NCBI GenBank assembly: GCA_038893835.1
Contig: JAWAQR010000008.1
Span: 1-51,143, forward strand
From: Archaeoglobaceae archaeon
Lineage (GTDB): Archaea; Halobacteriota; Archaeoglobi; Archaeoglobales; Archaeoglobaceae
DNA: 51,143 nucleotides
Direction: 5' to 3'
Shown: in pieces, positions 1 through 9,789 of the stretch
How the letters are laid out: every line of letters starts with the position of its first letter
Position numbering within the stretch: the first letter of the stretch is position 1
The notes under the pieces: model-generated
What the model saw: only the letters and a program-made list of their open reading frames with translations
Told to the model about the DNA's origin: nothing
The model's database searches: none
Program-made: the position numbers and the translations under genes

Positions 1-1
1 C

Positions 2-457
2 ACACTTCTAAAGGAAAATCTGATCGCCACCGTTTTCGATCTTCCAAAGGTTGTTGAAGAGGCAAAAGCCCTAATCTCAGAACTGGGTGGTGAAAGGGTT
101 GAATTCGTTGCGGGAGACTTTTTCAGTGATCCAATTGGAAGCGGATTCGACATAATCTTTTCATCCTTCAATCCGGGTGGAAAAAGGTTGGAGCTAATTC
201 CAAAGATATACGAAGCCCTCAACCTAGGAGGAGTTTATGTGAACAGACAGTATTTTCCAGAAAAAGGCTTCAACATCAGTGATCTAGAATGGAACTTGTG
301 GAGCTTTGAGAAGTTAAAGAAAGGATTCAAAAGATTCACCTTCGAAGGAGATTTAAGTCTTGGGGATTATCTTAAATCGCTGGAGGAATATGGATTCAAG
401 ATAATGAAGGTTTTAAATGATGATTATTATATAATATTTGCAAAGAAAATAGATTGA
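2..457 (+). CDS. Class I SAM-dependent methyltransferase (O-methyltransferase family 2-like), 5'-truncated by window edge
   Basis: The frame is open from base 2: ...ATVFDLPKVVEEAKALI...RVEFVAGDFFSDPIGSGFDIIFSS...KIYEALNLGG. VFDLP, GDFF and ALxxGG are Methyltransf_2 motifs. Confidence 0.8.
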   Translation, partial: TLLKENLIATVFDLPKVVEEAKALISELGGERVEFVAGDFFSDPIGSGFDIIFSSFNPGGKRLELIPKIYEALNLGGVYVNRQYFPEKGFNISDLEWNLWSFEKLKKGFKRFTFEGDLSLGDYLKSLEEYGFKIMKVLNDDYYIIFAKKID

Positions 458-461
458 ACCC

Positions 462-474
462 AAAGGTTTATAAA
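462..474 (+). promoter_or_regulatory. Putative BRE/TATA box for the stomatin-prs unit
   Basis: AAAGGTTTATAAA lies about 25 nt upstream of the ATG at 495, the usual archaeal leaderless spacing. Confidence 0.5.
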
Positions 475-494
475 TTTTGTTAAAAAATTGATGC

Positions 495-1232
495 ATGGAG
501 TGGTATTACTGGGGAATAGCCATCATTTTACTCCTGTTCTTTGCCTCATCGATTAGAATAGTTAAGGAATATGAAAGAGGAGTAATATTTAGACTAGGAA
601 GACTTGTAGGTGCAAAAGGACCAGGATTGTTTTTCATAATCCCCATCATTGACAGCATGACCAAGGTTGATTTGAGGACTGTCACATACGATGTTCCGGC
701 GCAGGAAGTTGTTACAAAGGACAACGTTACGGTAAAGGTAAATGCAGTAGTCTATTATCGCGTAATCGATCCAGCGAAAGCTGTTACGGAAGTGTATGAT
801 TACATGTATGCAACTGCCCAGATTGCACAAACGACGCTTAGGAGCATAATTGGCCAAGCAGAGCTCGATGAAGTCCTTTCTGAAAGGGATAAGCTGAACA
901 TAAAGCTGCAGCAGATAATCGATGAGGCGACGAATCCATGGGGTATAAAGGTTACTGCTGTAGAGATAAAAGATGTAGAACTGCCAGAAGAGATGAGGAG
1001 AGTGATGGCAATGCAAGCGGAAGCTGAAAGAGAGAGAAGGTCAAAGATAATAAGAGCAGAAGGAGAATATCAAGCTGCTATGAGATTGAAAGAGGCTGCC
1101 GACGTTCTTGCACAAAGTCATGGCGCCCTATTCTTGAGATATCTGCAAACGTTGAACGAGGTTGCCGCTGAGAAGAATACAACGATAATCCTCCCAATCC
1201 CGATTGAACTTTTGACGATTGCGAAAAAATAA
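495..1232 (+). CDS. Stomatin/SPFH (band 7, slipin) family membrane protein
   Basis: N-terminal TM helix; [60 protein letters not shown]. Confidence 0.95.
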   Translation: MEWYYWGIAIILLLFFASSIRIVKEYERGVIFRLGRLVGAKGPGLFFIIPIIDSMTKVDLRTVTYDVPAQEVVTKDNVTVKVNAVVYYRVIDPAKAVTEVYDYMYATAQIAQTTLRSIIGQAELDEVLSERDKLNIKLQQIIDEATNPWGIKVTAVEIKDVELPEEMRRVMAMQAEAERERRSKIIRAEGEYQAAMRLKEAADVLAQSHGALFLRYLQTLNEVAAEKNTTIILPIPIELLTIAKK

Positions 1233-1252
1233 AATAGTTTACAACATTTTTT

Positions 1253-2080
1253 ATGGACCTAATTCTAACCCCCTCATCTCCATTGCTTGGGAAAAGGATT
1301 TCAGAAAGGATGGGATTAAAAATTGCAAGAGTTCAATTCAAAAGATTCCCAGATGGAGAGCTTTATGTTAGAGTTGAAAGTGAAGAAGAAAGCCATATAG
1401 TCGTGAGCAGCTTGAATTCAAGCGATGACTTTGTGCTCCTCAACCTTCTCTTCGATGCCCTTAAGGGGGAGGTCGTGCTGGTCATTCCATATATGGGCTA
1501 TGCTAGACAGGATAGGGAATTTCTAAAGGGAGAGGCCGTTAGCATAAGGGCTATAGCCAAGGTTCTAGAAGAGAGAGCTGAAAAAATAATAACGGTGAAC
1601 ATCCACAGCGAAAAAGCAAAATGCAGTTTTAGAAAGCTTATAGACGTTGATGCAATGCCATTAATTGGAGAGTATTACAAAGGAAAGGATGTTTTAATGA
1701 TCTCTCCAGACAAGGGATCCGCTGAGAGAGTGAAAGCTTCTGCAAAGGTTGCAAATGTTGAATGGGACTGGATGGAGAAGAAAAGAGTAGATGCGTACAC
1801 AGTTGAGATTTTCCCAAAGAACTTAAATGTGGAGAATAGAAGAGTTGTCATAGTCGATGACATAATTTCCACAGGAGGAACTGTCATCGAGGCTGCAAAG
1901 AAATTGTATGAACTCGGAGCCAAAAGCGTTGAGTGTGCATGTGTTCATGCGGTTTTGGCGGAATTTGCAGCAGTTAAGCTTTTCTCTTCAGGAATCTCGG
2001 AAATTGTGGCTACAGATACGATAGAGAGAATTTTTTCTAAAATAAGCGTCTCCAAGCTCATCGCTGAAGCTGTGAAATGA
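1253..2080 (+). CDS. prs: Ribose-phosphate pyrophosphokinase (PRPP synthetase)
   Basis: FPDGELYVR, PYMGYARQDR, SPDKG and the PRPP-binding motif VIVDDIISTGGT. Confidence 0.95.
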   Translation: MDLILTPSSPLLGKRISERMGLKIARVQFKRFPDGELYVRVESEEESHIVVSSLNSSDDFVLLNLLFDALKGEVVLVIPYMGYARQDREFLKGEAVSIRAIAKVLEERAEKIITVNIHSEKAKCSFRKLIDVDAMPLIGEYYKGKDVLMISPDKGSAERVKASAKVANVEWDWMEKKRVDAYTVEIFPKNLNVENRRVVIVDDIISTGGTVIEAAKKLYELGAKSVECACVHAVLAEFAAVKLFSSGISEIVATDTIERIFSKISVSKLIAEAVK

Positions 2081-2081
2081 A

Positions 2082-5000
2082 TTACATTATGTCCAAAAGT
2101 GTTATCTGTTTTTGCTCGAAAAGCGATCTTATTTCATGCTCTATGATCTTTAACCTTTGCCTAGTGTATTCAGAAACCTTGTAATTCTCGCAGAGCCTTT
2201 TTGATACGTCCAGATATTTTACTATTGAGCTGCTGTGAACTGTCAGAGTTAGATTCCCTCCACATTTTCTGCACTTCCCACTCAAAGGAATTCTGCGATA
2301 CTTTTCATTGCAATCAACACATCGGAATTCTTGCCTAGAAAATGCCCGGAGATTTCCTATTATGTCGGGCAAAAAGTGTGCTGTTATAATTCTTTCAGCC
2401 ACATCATTTTCATCAACAGCCAGTATTTTTCTCGCAATTTCCATCTGCCTTTCAACCTTCTCATTCATGCTCTTTAACCTTTTATAAGCGCTTTCCTTAA
2501 CACCTAGTGTTATTTCTGTGTCATGGGTGAATCCGAGGTCGAAAAAGCGAGATTCTGCTTTCAATCTATCCTTTACTTTCTCCACAAGTTCTTCACATTC
2601 CTTTGCACTTGCAAATCTGAGGGTTGCTTCGTAAAATTCCAAAGGATATCTGAAAACGATGTCCATGTTGTGCACTTCCTTATCAACTTCCCTAGGATCA
2701 ACAATTGTTGTGAGAACTAGCGGAGCATCCATCTGTCCTCCCCTTTTCTCAGGTAAAAAGTGTCTGGAGAAATTGAGAAGGCCGTCAAGTAAAAGCATTA
2801 CGCTATCCTCATCCCCATCGCAGTTTCTCCTTTTTGCAGCATGGAAATATGGATGTGCGTAGCAAGCTAAAATGTCTGCAAAACCAATTATCCTTCCAAG
2901 AACCCCTGCAGATGTGTGCGGAGCTAAAGCTATAACCAAGTGTCCTATTAAATCTTCCGGTTTCTCCACTTTATAATATGGCTGAAGACCATAGAACTTT
3001 GTGAGAAGGTCGTCGATGAACTTCGCAACTCTGCAGAGATATTCAGCGCAGCTCTTTGAGATAACTATATCCTGCGGTTTGAGTTCCAGTATTTGATCCT
3101 CATTTTTTAACTCCTTTCCAAGATAGTCCCTCGTGTATCCAAGTTTTCTGAGTTTCTCAACACTTGTCCCAATCTCTCTTGGTTTAAAATGAGTTAAAGG
3201 TAGATCTGTCATGTCGAATCTTATAGTTCCATCTTTAAAAACGTAAACGTCGTATTTTGCCCTCAATATCCCCTTCTCAATCCTCTCAGGAATCTTGTTA
3301 GCAGAAGTTAAGCCAATAACACCCTTTATAATTTTAAAGTTGTCATATTCCCCAAGCCTTTTCAGCGCATCGTCGTAAAGCTTCTTTATGTCGATAGTCC
3401 TTTTTAAATATCCCTTTGCCTCATTCCCACATCTGCATTTCTGAGATTGTAACCTTATCTTGCACTTCGGACAGTAATAGATCTGCTGCGTTATTCCTCC
3501 ACATTCGCATTTGAGCCAGAAAGTCTCTTTTCCACAGTTTGTGCACTTTCTTAAAGCCAATTCTACTTCAACCTCCCCTTTAGATGTTCCATCCGAGTAA
3601 TCCAAAGCGCTCTTTATATCCCTCTTTTTTCCACCAGCAAAACTAACAGGGAATAAAACATGTGGTGGAGGGCTCATTTTCCTCTCTTTAGCCTTCTCAG
3701 GTCTACCCATTCTCGCCCCAATTCTCGTTGGTGCCTTTTCTCTAACTATCAACCCCGATACATTTCTTATAACTTCTAAAACGCTGTTCCCCCTCAATTC
3801 CCCAACTTTTTTCAACTTTGAATCCAAACCTAGACAGCGAACGAGAACTTTCCACTTCTCCAACACTATCTCTTCTCTAACCTTATGTTCAACGAGTAAC
3901 TTCTCAAGTATTTCCTTAACCCTAGCATCCTTCGGCAGCACAAGAAACTTCCCTTGACCCTCTATTTTTCCATATTCGCTTATAAAATTTCTAAGATATT
4001 CGAATTCCTCAATGCTTATATCATGCCAGAGATAAGTCCATTTCGGATGCAATGGAACGTTAAGTTCATCGCAAAGCTTTAAAGCTTCATCCTCGCTCGG
4101 ATCCTCAACTTCAACCTTCGCCTCCTGCACCCACCATTCATAAGAATAGGCTCCTGGAACAAGAGGATGGTTGTTCTCGAGAAAGTCGCCATAGTTTATC
4201 AGTATTTCACCAAGGTCCAGAATCTTTTCAACCTCATCCTTTAACTCCAGCGCCTCTTTTACAGTGTTTATCCTCAAAACATCCCCATTTTTCAGCCTTA
4301 CAGTCGGTCCCTCAATTGTAGTAACCGGAACAACACTCCCTGCCTTTCCAGGGCGCTCTATCTTTAACTGCGTCCCTATTGCGATGAAATCTATCAAAAC
4401 CATCGTTGCTGGGTTTATTCCAACGGTTGCAAACCCGGAATTTCTGGCTCTGCCATATCTAAGTCTGAATCCTCCCTTCCTTGATGGATGGCTTAAAACT
4501 GGTCTACCAGCAACTATGTCTGCAAGATATTTTGCTCTGGGCTTTACATCAATCTCCTCCTCATCTTCCTTCTTTATCAACTTGTCCAGCCAATCCCAGC
4601 CATCTATTTTTAGTTCCTCAACCATTTTCTTCAACTTTGGAGCTTTTAAAGCTATCCCCTCCGCAATTATAAGCGCCATTCCTCCTCTTACACGATTTGT
4701 TTCAACTCTTGGAAGATTTCTATACCCTGAAACCTCCACATCCTCCGTAGCCTCTCCATCTATGCAAATTGGACAGTTCGAAACTATCAGCCTTATTTCC
4801 TCATCGCTAGGCAAATATTGGAGATTCGCAACTCTTTTGTAAAGCTGAATTTCCTCACAATATCTGAGAATTTCTTCCTCAGTTGGAATGTATCTTCCTA
4901 GTCCAAATTTTCTTCTAACATAATCTGCAACGAGAACTGAAATAACCTGCGCAGTACCTCCAGCGCTCCTTATTGGCCCAGCATAGTAAACTTTAAGAAA

Positions 5001-5462
5001 CTTTGTTCCATCATCGTTTTTGTCAATTGAAACCTTTGCAATTCCTTCTATTGGAGCTGCAACAACTCCTTCTGTCATTATTGCCACAGCCGTTCTTATC
5101 GCCTTATCTATTGCTGTCAGCATTTCCATATTTCCAAACTTATTTTCAACTATTTCATCCGCGATTATGAAACACATTTTATCTCTTGCAACTCCACTTT
5201 CTTCAAGCTCTCTTATCCTTTTAGAAATTCCATCTATCCCGATGAGCTTCTCTACTCTTTCAGCCATGTCTTTCGCAATCAATATCTCAACCTTTGGCTC
5301 TGGATCTAAGCATTTACTCCTTGCCATTTCTGCAATTTTGTAAGCTTTCTCAAACTCCTCCATCAAGGTCCTATGATAATCCTCAACGTCTTTTAACTTC
5401 CAGGATTCATCTTTTTTTTCAATTTCAAAGAGTGGAAAAAACTTGTCAAGGGTTAATTCCAT
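2082..5462 (-). CDS. polC: DNA polymerase D large subunit (DP2), intein-free
   Basis: TEGVVAAPIEGI, YYAGPIRSAGGTAQ, GGFRLRYGR, RIGARMGRPEKA, catalytic HAAKRRNCDGDED, Zn-finger Cys clusters; 1126 aa. Confidence 0.97.
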   Translation of the reverse strand: MELTLDKFFPLFEIEKKDESWKLKDVEDYHRTLMEEFEKAYKIAEMARSKCLDPEPKVEILIAKDMAERVEKLIGIDGISKRIRELEESGVARDKMCFIIADEIVENKFGNMEMLTAIDKAIRTAVAIMTEGVVAAPIEGIAKVSIDKNDDGTKFLKVYYAGPIRSAGGTAQVISVLVADYVRRKFGLGRYIPTEEEILRYCEEIQLYKRVANLQYLPSDEEIRLIVSNCPICIDGEATEDVEVSGYRNLPRVETNRVRGGMALIIAEGIALKAPKLKKMVEELKIDGWDWLDKLIKKEDEEEIDVKPRAKYLADIVAGRPVLSHPSRKGGFRLRYGRARNSGFATVGINPATMVLIDFIAIGTQLKIERPGKAGSVVPVTTIEGPTVRLKNGDVLRINTVKEALELKDEVEKILDLGEILINYGDFLENNHPLVPGAYSYEWWVQEAKVEVEDPSEDEALKLCDELNVPLHPKWTYLWHDISIEEFEYLRNFISEYGKIEGQGKFLVLPKDARVKEILEKLLVEHKVREEIVLEKWKVLVRCLGLDSKLKKVGELRGNSVLEVIRNVSGLIVREKAPTRIGARMGRPEKAKERKMSPPPHVLFPVSFAGGKKRDIKSALDYSDGTSKGEVEVELALRKCTNCGKETFWLKCECGGITQQIYYCPKCKIRLQSQKCRCGNEAKGYLKRTIDIKKLYDDALKRLGEYDNFKIIKGVIGLTSANKIPERIEKGILRAKYDVYVFKDGTIRFDMTDLPLTHFKPREIGTSVEKLRKLGYTRDYLGKELKNEDQILELKPQDIVISKSCAEYLCRVAKFIDDLLTKFYGLQPYYKVEKPEDLIGHLVIALAPHTSAGVLGRIIGFADILACYAHPYFHAAKRRNCDGDEDSVMLLLDGLLNFSRHFLPEKRGGQMDAPLVLTTIVDPREVDKEVHNMDIVFRYPLEFYEATLRFASAKECEELVEKVKDRLKAESRFFDLGFTHDTEITLGVKESAYKRLKSMNEKVERQMEIARKILAVDENDVAERIITAHFLPDIIGNLRAFSRQEFRCVDCNEKYRRIPLSGKCRKCGGNLTLTVHSSSIVKYLDVSKRLCENYKVSEYTRQRLKIIEHEIRSLFEQKQITLLDIM

Positions 5463-5542
5463 GAAAAATGAATCGACATGAACAAAAAAATCTTTTTGTA
5501 TGACAGAGTATTTATGATTTCGATTTTTTATTTTTCAGCTAG

Positions 5543-5893
5543 CTACTTCTTCTCCATGATGATTTTTATTATTTCCTCAGCTTTACTTTCCTCGCCCTCA
5601 GTTATTTCTATATAAGCATTGAAATTTTTAAAAGTCTCGAAATCGAGCAGATAGCTGGAAAAGATTGAATTCGGAATTACCCCTCCATTTTCAGGCGCTG
5701 TTTCTAGAAACTTCACTCTGAACTTCAAACTTCTTTCCCCCCTCGTAATCAATACCACGTCCCCTTCCTTTATTCCGCATTTCTTTGCAAATTCAGGATT
5801 TAGGTATATCACAGCCCCCTTTTCTTTCCATGGCATTCTGGCAACAACGATGAAAGCTTCAAATTTTATCAACTTCGTAAGGCGAAGCATCAC
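5543..5893 (-). CDS. fwdD: FwdD-like molybdopterin dinucleotide-binding domain protein (divergent)
   Basis: YLNPEFAKKCGIKEGDVVLI matches the Molydop_binding core. It overlaps the fwdB-like stop (ATGA). The usual N-terminal TGRT..QG motif is missing. Confidence 0.7.
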   Translation of the reverse strand: MMLRLTKLIKFEAFIVVARMPWKEKGAVIYLNPEFAKKCGIKEGDVVLITRGERSLKFRVKFLETAPENGGVIPNSIFSSYLLDFETFKNFNAYIEITEGEESKAEEIIKIIMEKK

Positions 5894-7086
5894 AATCCCT
5901 CCAAGATCCTTCTTAAGATATAAACGTCATCGACCTCCGATAACTCCACTGGCGTCAACTTCAATCTCACACCATCGCTCCTAACCATTTCCCCTCCAGA
6001 TTCGATTCCAGAAAAAGCTGAGCGAATCGAAATCTCGGAAATGGCAGACGTTGCAGTTTCTCGGGGATCTATTGTTATCTTTTTAACACCAATCAGCTTT
6101 CTAGAAATCTCATATGGAAGGGATGAGATTGGATCTGTGCCAACTATCATAGCCACGTCAATCGCATTTCTCTTGACCAATTCAGAGAACTCAAAGGATT
6201 TTTCACTTCTCCCCTCTAGAAAATTGAACCTGTTAACAGCTCCAACTTCCTCGAACAGAGTTTCATTGAACCCACGCATGTTTGAATGGAAACCAGCTGG
6301 TAGGAAGAAGAGAGGAGAAAATTCATTCATCTTTTTTATGAAATCGAAAAATAGTTCATATTTTCCCTTCAATCCGTATTTTAATCCAAGTCCTCCAAAA
6401 AGAACGTTAAAATCTGCTTTTTTCATCTCTCTCAGAATCCCTGCAACGTCATACTTTGAAGCTTTCCCTTCCAAGGCTTTAAGGAAAGAGTCTATGAGCT
6501 CAACGTCGTTTTCGACTTTTATAAATTTGGCATTCTTCTTTGCGAGCTTTGCAACTTCAGACTTTCTAACGTCGATTACAACCAAATATCGATCCTCATC
6601 ATAACCGCGGTTCCTCTTGGAACCCCTTGGATAATACGTGAACCTCGACATATGCCTTGGCAGGCTGTGAAATGGATTCGTTCCCCAGTAGATGATCACA
6701 TAAGCCTCATCCCGAACTTTTTCTAACGTCGTTGATGGAACCATCTTTTTAAGTATAGCCTCCACAAACTCCCCTAAACAAAAAGAGGAGTTGTCGTCGA
6801 TGTAACAGTTTAGCTTTTTTGCAATTTTTATCGCAATCCTCTGCGCTTCAACGGTGGTTGTATCTAAACCATATATCGCCGGAGATTTTGCTGACTTGAG
6901 CAATTCAATCGCTTTTTCAATAGCTGTGTCTATGTCAACTTCCTTTCCATTCACAGCATTTCTAGCTCTATTTTTCTTATACTCCGCTATATGTCTATAT
7001 CCCCTATCACATGCGTTCAAAATCTTTCCATCTTCAAACTCAACATCATCGCAGAGACACGAGCAAGCTGTGCATATCATAATCAT
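5890..7086 (-). CDS. fwdB: Formylmethanofuran dehydrogenase subunit B-like Mo/W-bisPGD protein (atypical active site)
   Basis: N-terminal CTACSCLCDD plus NAC [4Fe-4S] motif; IIYWGTNPFHSLPRHMSRF; VGTDP; IDPRETAT; GIESGGEMVRSDGV. Confidence 0.85.
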   Translation of the reverse strand: MIMICTACSCLCDDVEFEDGKILNACDRGYRHIAEYKKNRARNAVNGKEVDIDTAIEKAIELLKSAKSPAIYGLDTTTVEAQRIAIKIAKKLNCYIDDNSSFCLGEFVEAILKKMVPSTTLEKVRDEAYVIIYWGTNPFHSLPRHMSRFTYYPRGSKRNRGYDEDRYLVVIDVRKSEVAKLAKKNAKFIKVENDVELIDSFLKALEGKASKYDVAGILREMKKADFNVLFGGLGLKYGLKGKYELFFDFIKKMNEFSPLFFLPAGFHSNMRGFNETLFEEVGAVNRFNFLEGRSEKSFEFSELVKRNAIDVAMIVGTDPISSLPYEISRKLIGVKKITIDPRETATSAISEISIRSAFSGIESGGEMVRSDGVRLKLTPVELSEVDDVYILRRILEGL

Positions 7087-7553
7087 CCCTCCAGAAAGCT
7101 TATCGCATCCGTTGGACAGTTTTCTCTACAAACGACACAAAGAATTCGATTTTTTCCATATCTCCTACAGGCATGCATGTTGATTATTACAAGTTTTCCA
7201 TTCTCTACTCTATAAATCGGATCCCTTATCATAGGCCCTCTTCCAATTCCAGCTCCTTTGGGATCTTTTTCAACATGAACTGGACATGCTACGATGCAAT
7301 TACCGCATCCATTACACTTCTCGCTGTTCACAATCAATCCAGTTTCGGTAGCTTTTTCCAGAGGTTTTAGCAATTCTTGAAGCTTTTTTAACTGCAAATC
7401 ATACTTTTTTTCTTCAAAAAGCGGTTTACAGTCTTCTAATTTCTTTTCCTTATTCAGGAGCTTGAAGGCAAAGCTCATACAAGTTTGTTCACTGCACTTT
7501 TTGCAATTTGTCTTCGGTAAAAGCTTGTAGATTTCCATCGGAGTTAAGGGCAT
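7083..7553 (-). CDS. fwdG: FwdG-like Fe-S protein (N-terminal CdhE/RnfB-type FeS domain plus 2x[4Fe-4S] ferredoxin)
   Basis: LLPKTNCKKCSEQTCMSFA...C FeS domain; CNGCGNCIVACP and C...CVVCRENCP ferredoxin motifs; first gene of the operon. Confidence 0.75.
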   Translation of the reverse strand: MPLTPMEIYKLLPKTNCKKCSEQTCMSFAFKLLNKEKKLEDCKPLFEEKKYDLQLKKLQELLKPLEKATETGLIVNSEKCNGCGNCIVACPVHVEKDPKGAGIGRGPMIRDPIYRVENGKLVIINMHACRRYGKNRILCVVCRENCPTDAISFLEG

Positions 7554-7628
7554 GAAAAATTATACTTTCTTGGTTATAAATAAATTTTCTCGGTTAGCCT
7601 TTTTATCTGGGGAAATCTTCGTAGGTTT

Positions 7629-8459
7629 ATGAAAGTCGTTGTTGGGAGTAAAAAGGATAAAGCATCTATGAACGTGATAGATAACTTGCTGAGCTTCGAT
7701 GAGTTTGAGAAAAAAGTGGAAGGAGATTATGTCATCCACATAGGCTCCAAATTTTCCATCGTTGAAACTGATGAAAATCTTATATACGCTGACTTCTTAG
7801 ATTCAAGACTTTCAAAGTTCCTAGAATTCGATGAAATTCTCTTCATTTCAAAACACAGCAGCAAAGATGGGAGAAAGATATTCACAGCGCACTTTTCTGG
7901 CAATCCTGGGAAAAATACATATGGTGGAAAGCCGAAAAGTCTTGCAAAGCCGTCTCCAATAACTTTAAAGAATTATTTTTTAGCTTTAAAGAAAAAGATT
8001 GATAGAAAGCCGGACTTCGAGCTAACACTCGAAGCTACGCATCATGGACCTTCAGAGATTTCAAAACCTTCCGCCTTCTACGAAATAGGCTCAACTGAAA
8101 AAGAATGGGTAGACAAAACTGCTGGAGAGCTTGTTGCCGAGGCTATTTTTGAGGCTGTTGGAAGTGAGATGAGATCTTGGAAGATTGCGGTCAGCGTAGG
8201 TGGGACTCATTACCTGCCAAGGCAAACAGAGATAATGCTTGAAACAGAGTTCACTTTTGGACATAACTTTGCCAAATACACGTTTGAAGAGCTGGATGAG
8301 GAAATGATCAGAATGGCAATTGATTTGAGCTCCGCGGAGTATTTAATATATGATGAGAAGTCAACGACTTCAAGAATAAAGAGTTTGCTTAATTCTCTCA
8401 GCGGAGTAAAAATTCTGAAATCAAGGGAGGCAAAGAAGTTCAGATTAGAAGGGACATAA
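7629..8459 (+). CDS. dtdA: D-aminoacyl-tRNA deacylase (archaeal DTD2/GEK1 type)
   Basis: SKHSS, TAHFSGN, EATHHGPS, FYEIGSTEKEW, GGTHY. Confidence 0.92.
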   Translation: MKVVVGSKKDKASMNVIDNLLSFDEFEKKVEGDYVIHIGSKFSIVETDENLIYADFLDSRLSKFLEFDEILFISKHSSKDGRKIFTAHFSGNPGKNTYGGKPKSLAKPSPITLKNYFLALKKKIDRKPDFELTLEATHHGPSEISKPSAFYEIGSTEKEWVDKTAGELVAEAIFEAVGSEMRSWKIAVSVGGTHYLPRQTEIMLETEFTFGHNFAKYTFEELDEEMIRMAIDLSSAEYLIYDEKSTTSRIKSLLNSLSGVKILKSREAKKFRLEGT

Positions 8460-9624
8460 CCTTCTCAACGTCCGGTTCTACAATCTTTGGCTCTCCACAA
8501 ACCTTTATTACTGTCTCAGGATCTTTTAATAAATTTCCCGTAGCTATGCAGACGACTGTAGCATCTTTATCGATCATTCCATTTTTTGCAAGCTTTATCA
8601 ATCCAGCAAGGCTTGAAGCTGAAGCTGGTTCGACACCTATTCCATTCTTTGCTAGTATTTTCTGAGCATTAATTATCTCCTGATCGCTTACAACTTCTAC
8701 CATACCCTTTGATTTATAAATAGCCCTCAAGGCTTTTTTCGCATTCACAGGATTCCCAATCCTTATCGCAGTTGCTATCGTTTCCGGATTTGCAACCGGA
8801 ACTATTTCTTCCTTTCTCTGCTTATATGCTTCAAAAATCGGTGCAGAACCTTCCGCTTGCACACCAACCATCTTTGGAACTCCATCTATAAACTGCAATT
8901 CCCTGAACTCCTCAAAACCCTTGAATACTGCTGAAATGTTTCCAGCATTACCCACTGGTAAAATTACAAAATCAGGAAGACCTATTTTGTCCACTATTTC
9001 AAAGGCAATCGTTTTTTGACCTTCAAGTCTAAAGGGATTCACAGAGTTTAGCAGATAAATTCCAGCTCTCTCGCAGACTTCTCTCACTATTCTTAATGCA
9101 TCGTCGAAATTTCCCCTTATTCCAATCACTTCCGCTCCGTGCATTAGGGCCTGTGCAACTTTTCCAAGTGCAACTTTTCCAGCAGGGAGAAGAACAAAAG
9201 CTTTAAGACCGCATCTGGCAGCATACATTGCCAAGGATGCTGAAGTGTTTCCAGTCGATGCACATGCCACAGCCTTTTTTCCTAACTCAAGAGCTTTAGT
9301 AACACCAACGGTCATTCCCCTGTCCTTAAAAGATCCCGAGGGATTTAGACCTTCATGCTTCACATATATTCTCCTTATCCCAAACTCCTTTTCGAGTCTC
9401 TCGAGTCTGTAAAGCGGAGTGCCTCCTTCTTCAAGAGTTACGGGCTCAGAGTTTATTGGGAGAAGAGATCTATACTTCCAAACCCTTAAATCTTTACCAT
9501 TGAGCTTGAAATCTATCTCTACCTCATCGAGATTGAAGCGAACCTCTAAAAGCCCACCACAGGTGCAAGTGTATCTACTTTCCTCGTTTTCCTTTCCGCA
9601 TTCTATGCAAACAAGCGAGTACAT
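8440..9624 (-). CDS. thrC: Threonine synthase
   Basis: PLP Lys motif NPSGSFKDRG, CASTGNTSAS, PVGNAGN, TIATAIRIGNP. Start moved to ATG 9624 (MYSLVCIECG Zn ribbon). Confidence 0.93.
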   Translation of the reverse strand: MYSLVCIECGKENEESRYTCTCGGLLEVRFNLDEVEIDFKLNGKDLRVWKYRSLLPINSEPVTLEEGGTPLYRLERLEKEFGIRRIYVKHEGLNPSGSFKDRGMTVGVTKALELGKKAVACASTGNTSASLAMYAARCGLKAFVLLPAGKVALGKVAQALMHGAEVIGIRGNFDDALRIVREVCERAGIYLLNSVNPFRLEGQKTIAFEIVDKIGLPDFVILPVGNAGNISAVFKGFEEFRELQFIDGVPKMVGVQAEGSAPIFEAYKQRKEEIVPVANPETIATAIRIGNPVNAKKALRAIYKSKGMVEVVSDQEIINAQKILAKNGIGVEPASASSLAGLIKLAKNGMIDKDATVVCIATGNLLKDPETVIKVCGEPKIVEPDVEKVMSLLI

Positions 9625-9789
9625 GAATTCAGTAGACTCTTGGCTTATAAACGATTCTAAGAAAAAAATTAATTGAAAGTTCCAGATCATCTTTTTGCAG
9701 AGTATATGTTTTAGATTTATCCCTATTGTGTAATCATTTCTGTAAAGGATCTTGTTCTGAAAAGGAGAAAAACAAAGGTAGTTGTCGAA

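Noticed and set aside
2790-2850. Possible intein in DP2 at the usual RRN/CDGDED insertion site
   Set aside because: The motif is contiguous and the protein is normal length, so there is no intein.
4264-4842. 192-aa antisense ORF inside polC, and similar ones at 6041-6604, 30359-30973 and 47743-48198
   Set aside because: They lie wholly opposite well-conserved genes, are Ser/Phe/Ile-rich as expected from reverse codons, and carry no motifs.
6770-6785. Selenocysteine in the FwdB-like protein
   Set aside because: The ligand codon is TGT (Cys), there is no in-frame TGA, and the tRNA in the window has anticodon TGA (Ser), not TCA.
9625-9690. N-terminal extensions of ORF-track calls for thrC, the flavoprotein (13661-13846), nth (37260-37427) and ogg (38245-38322)
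   Set aside because: The extensions precede the family N-terminal motifs and run over promoters or neighbouring genes, so later starts were chosen.
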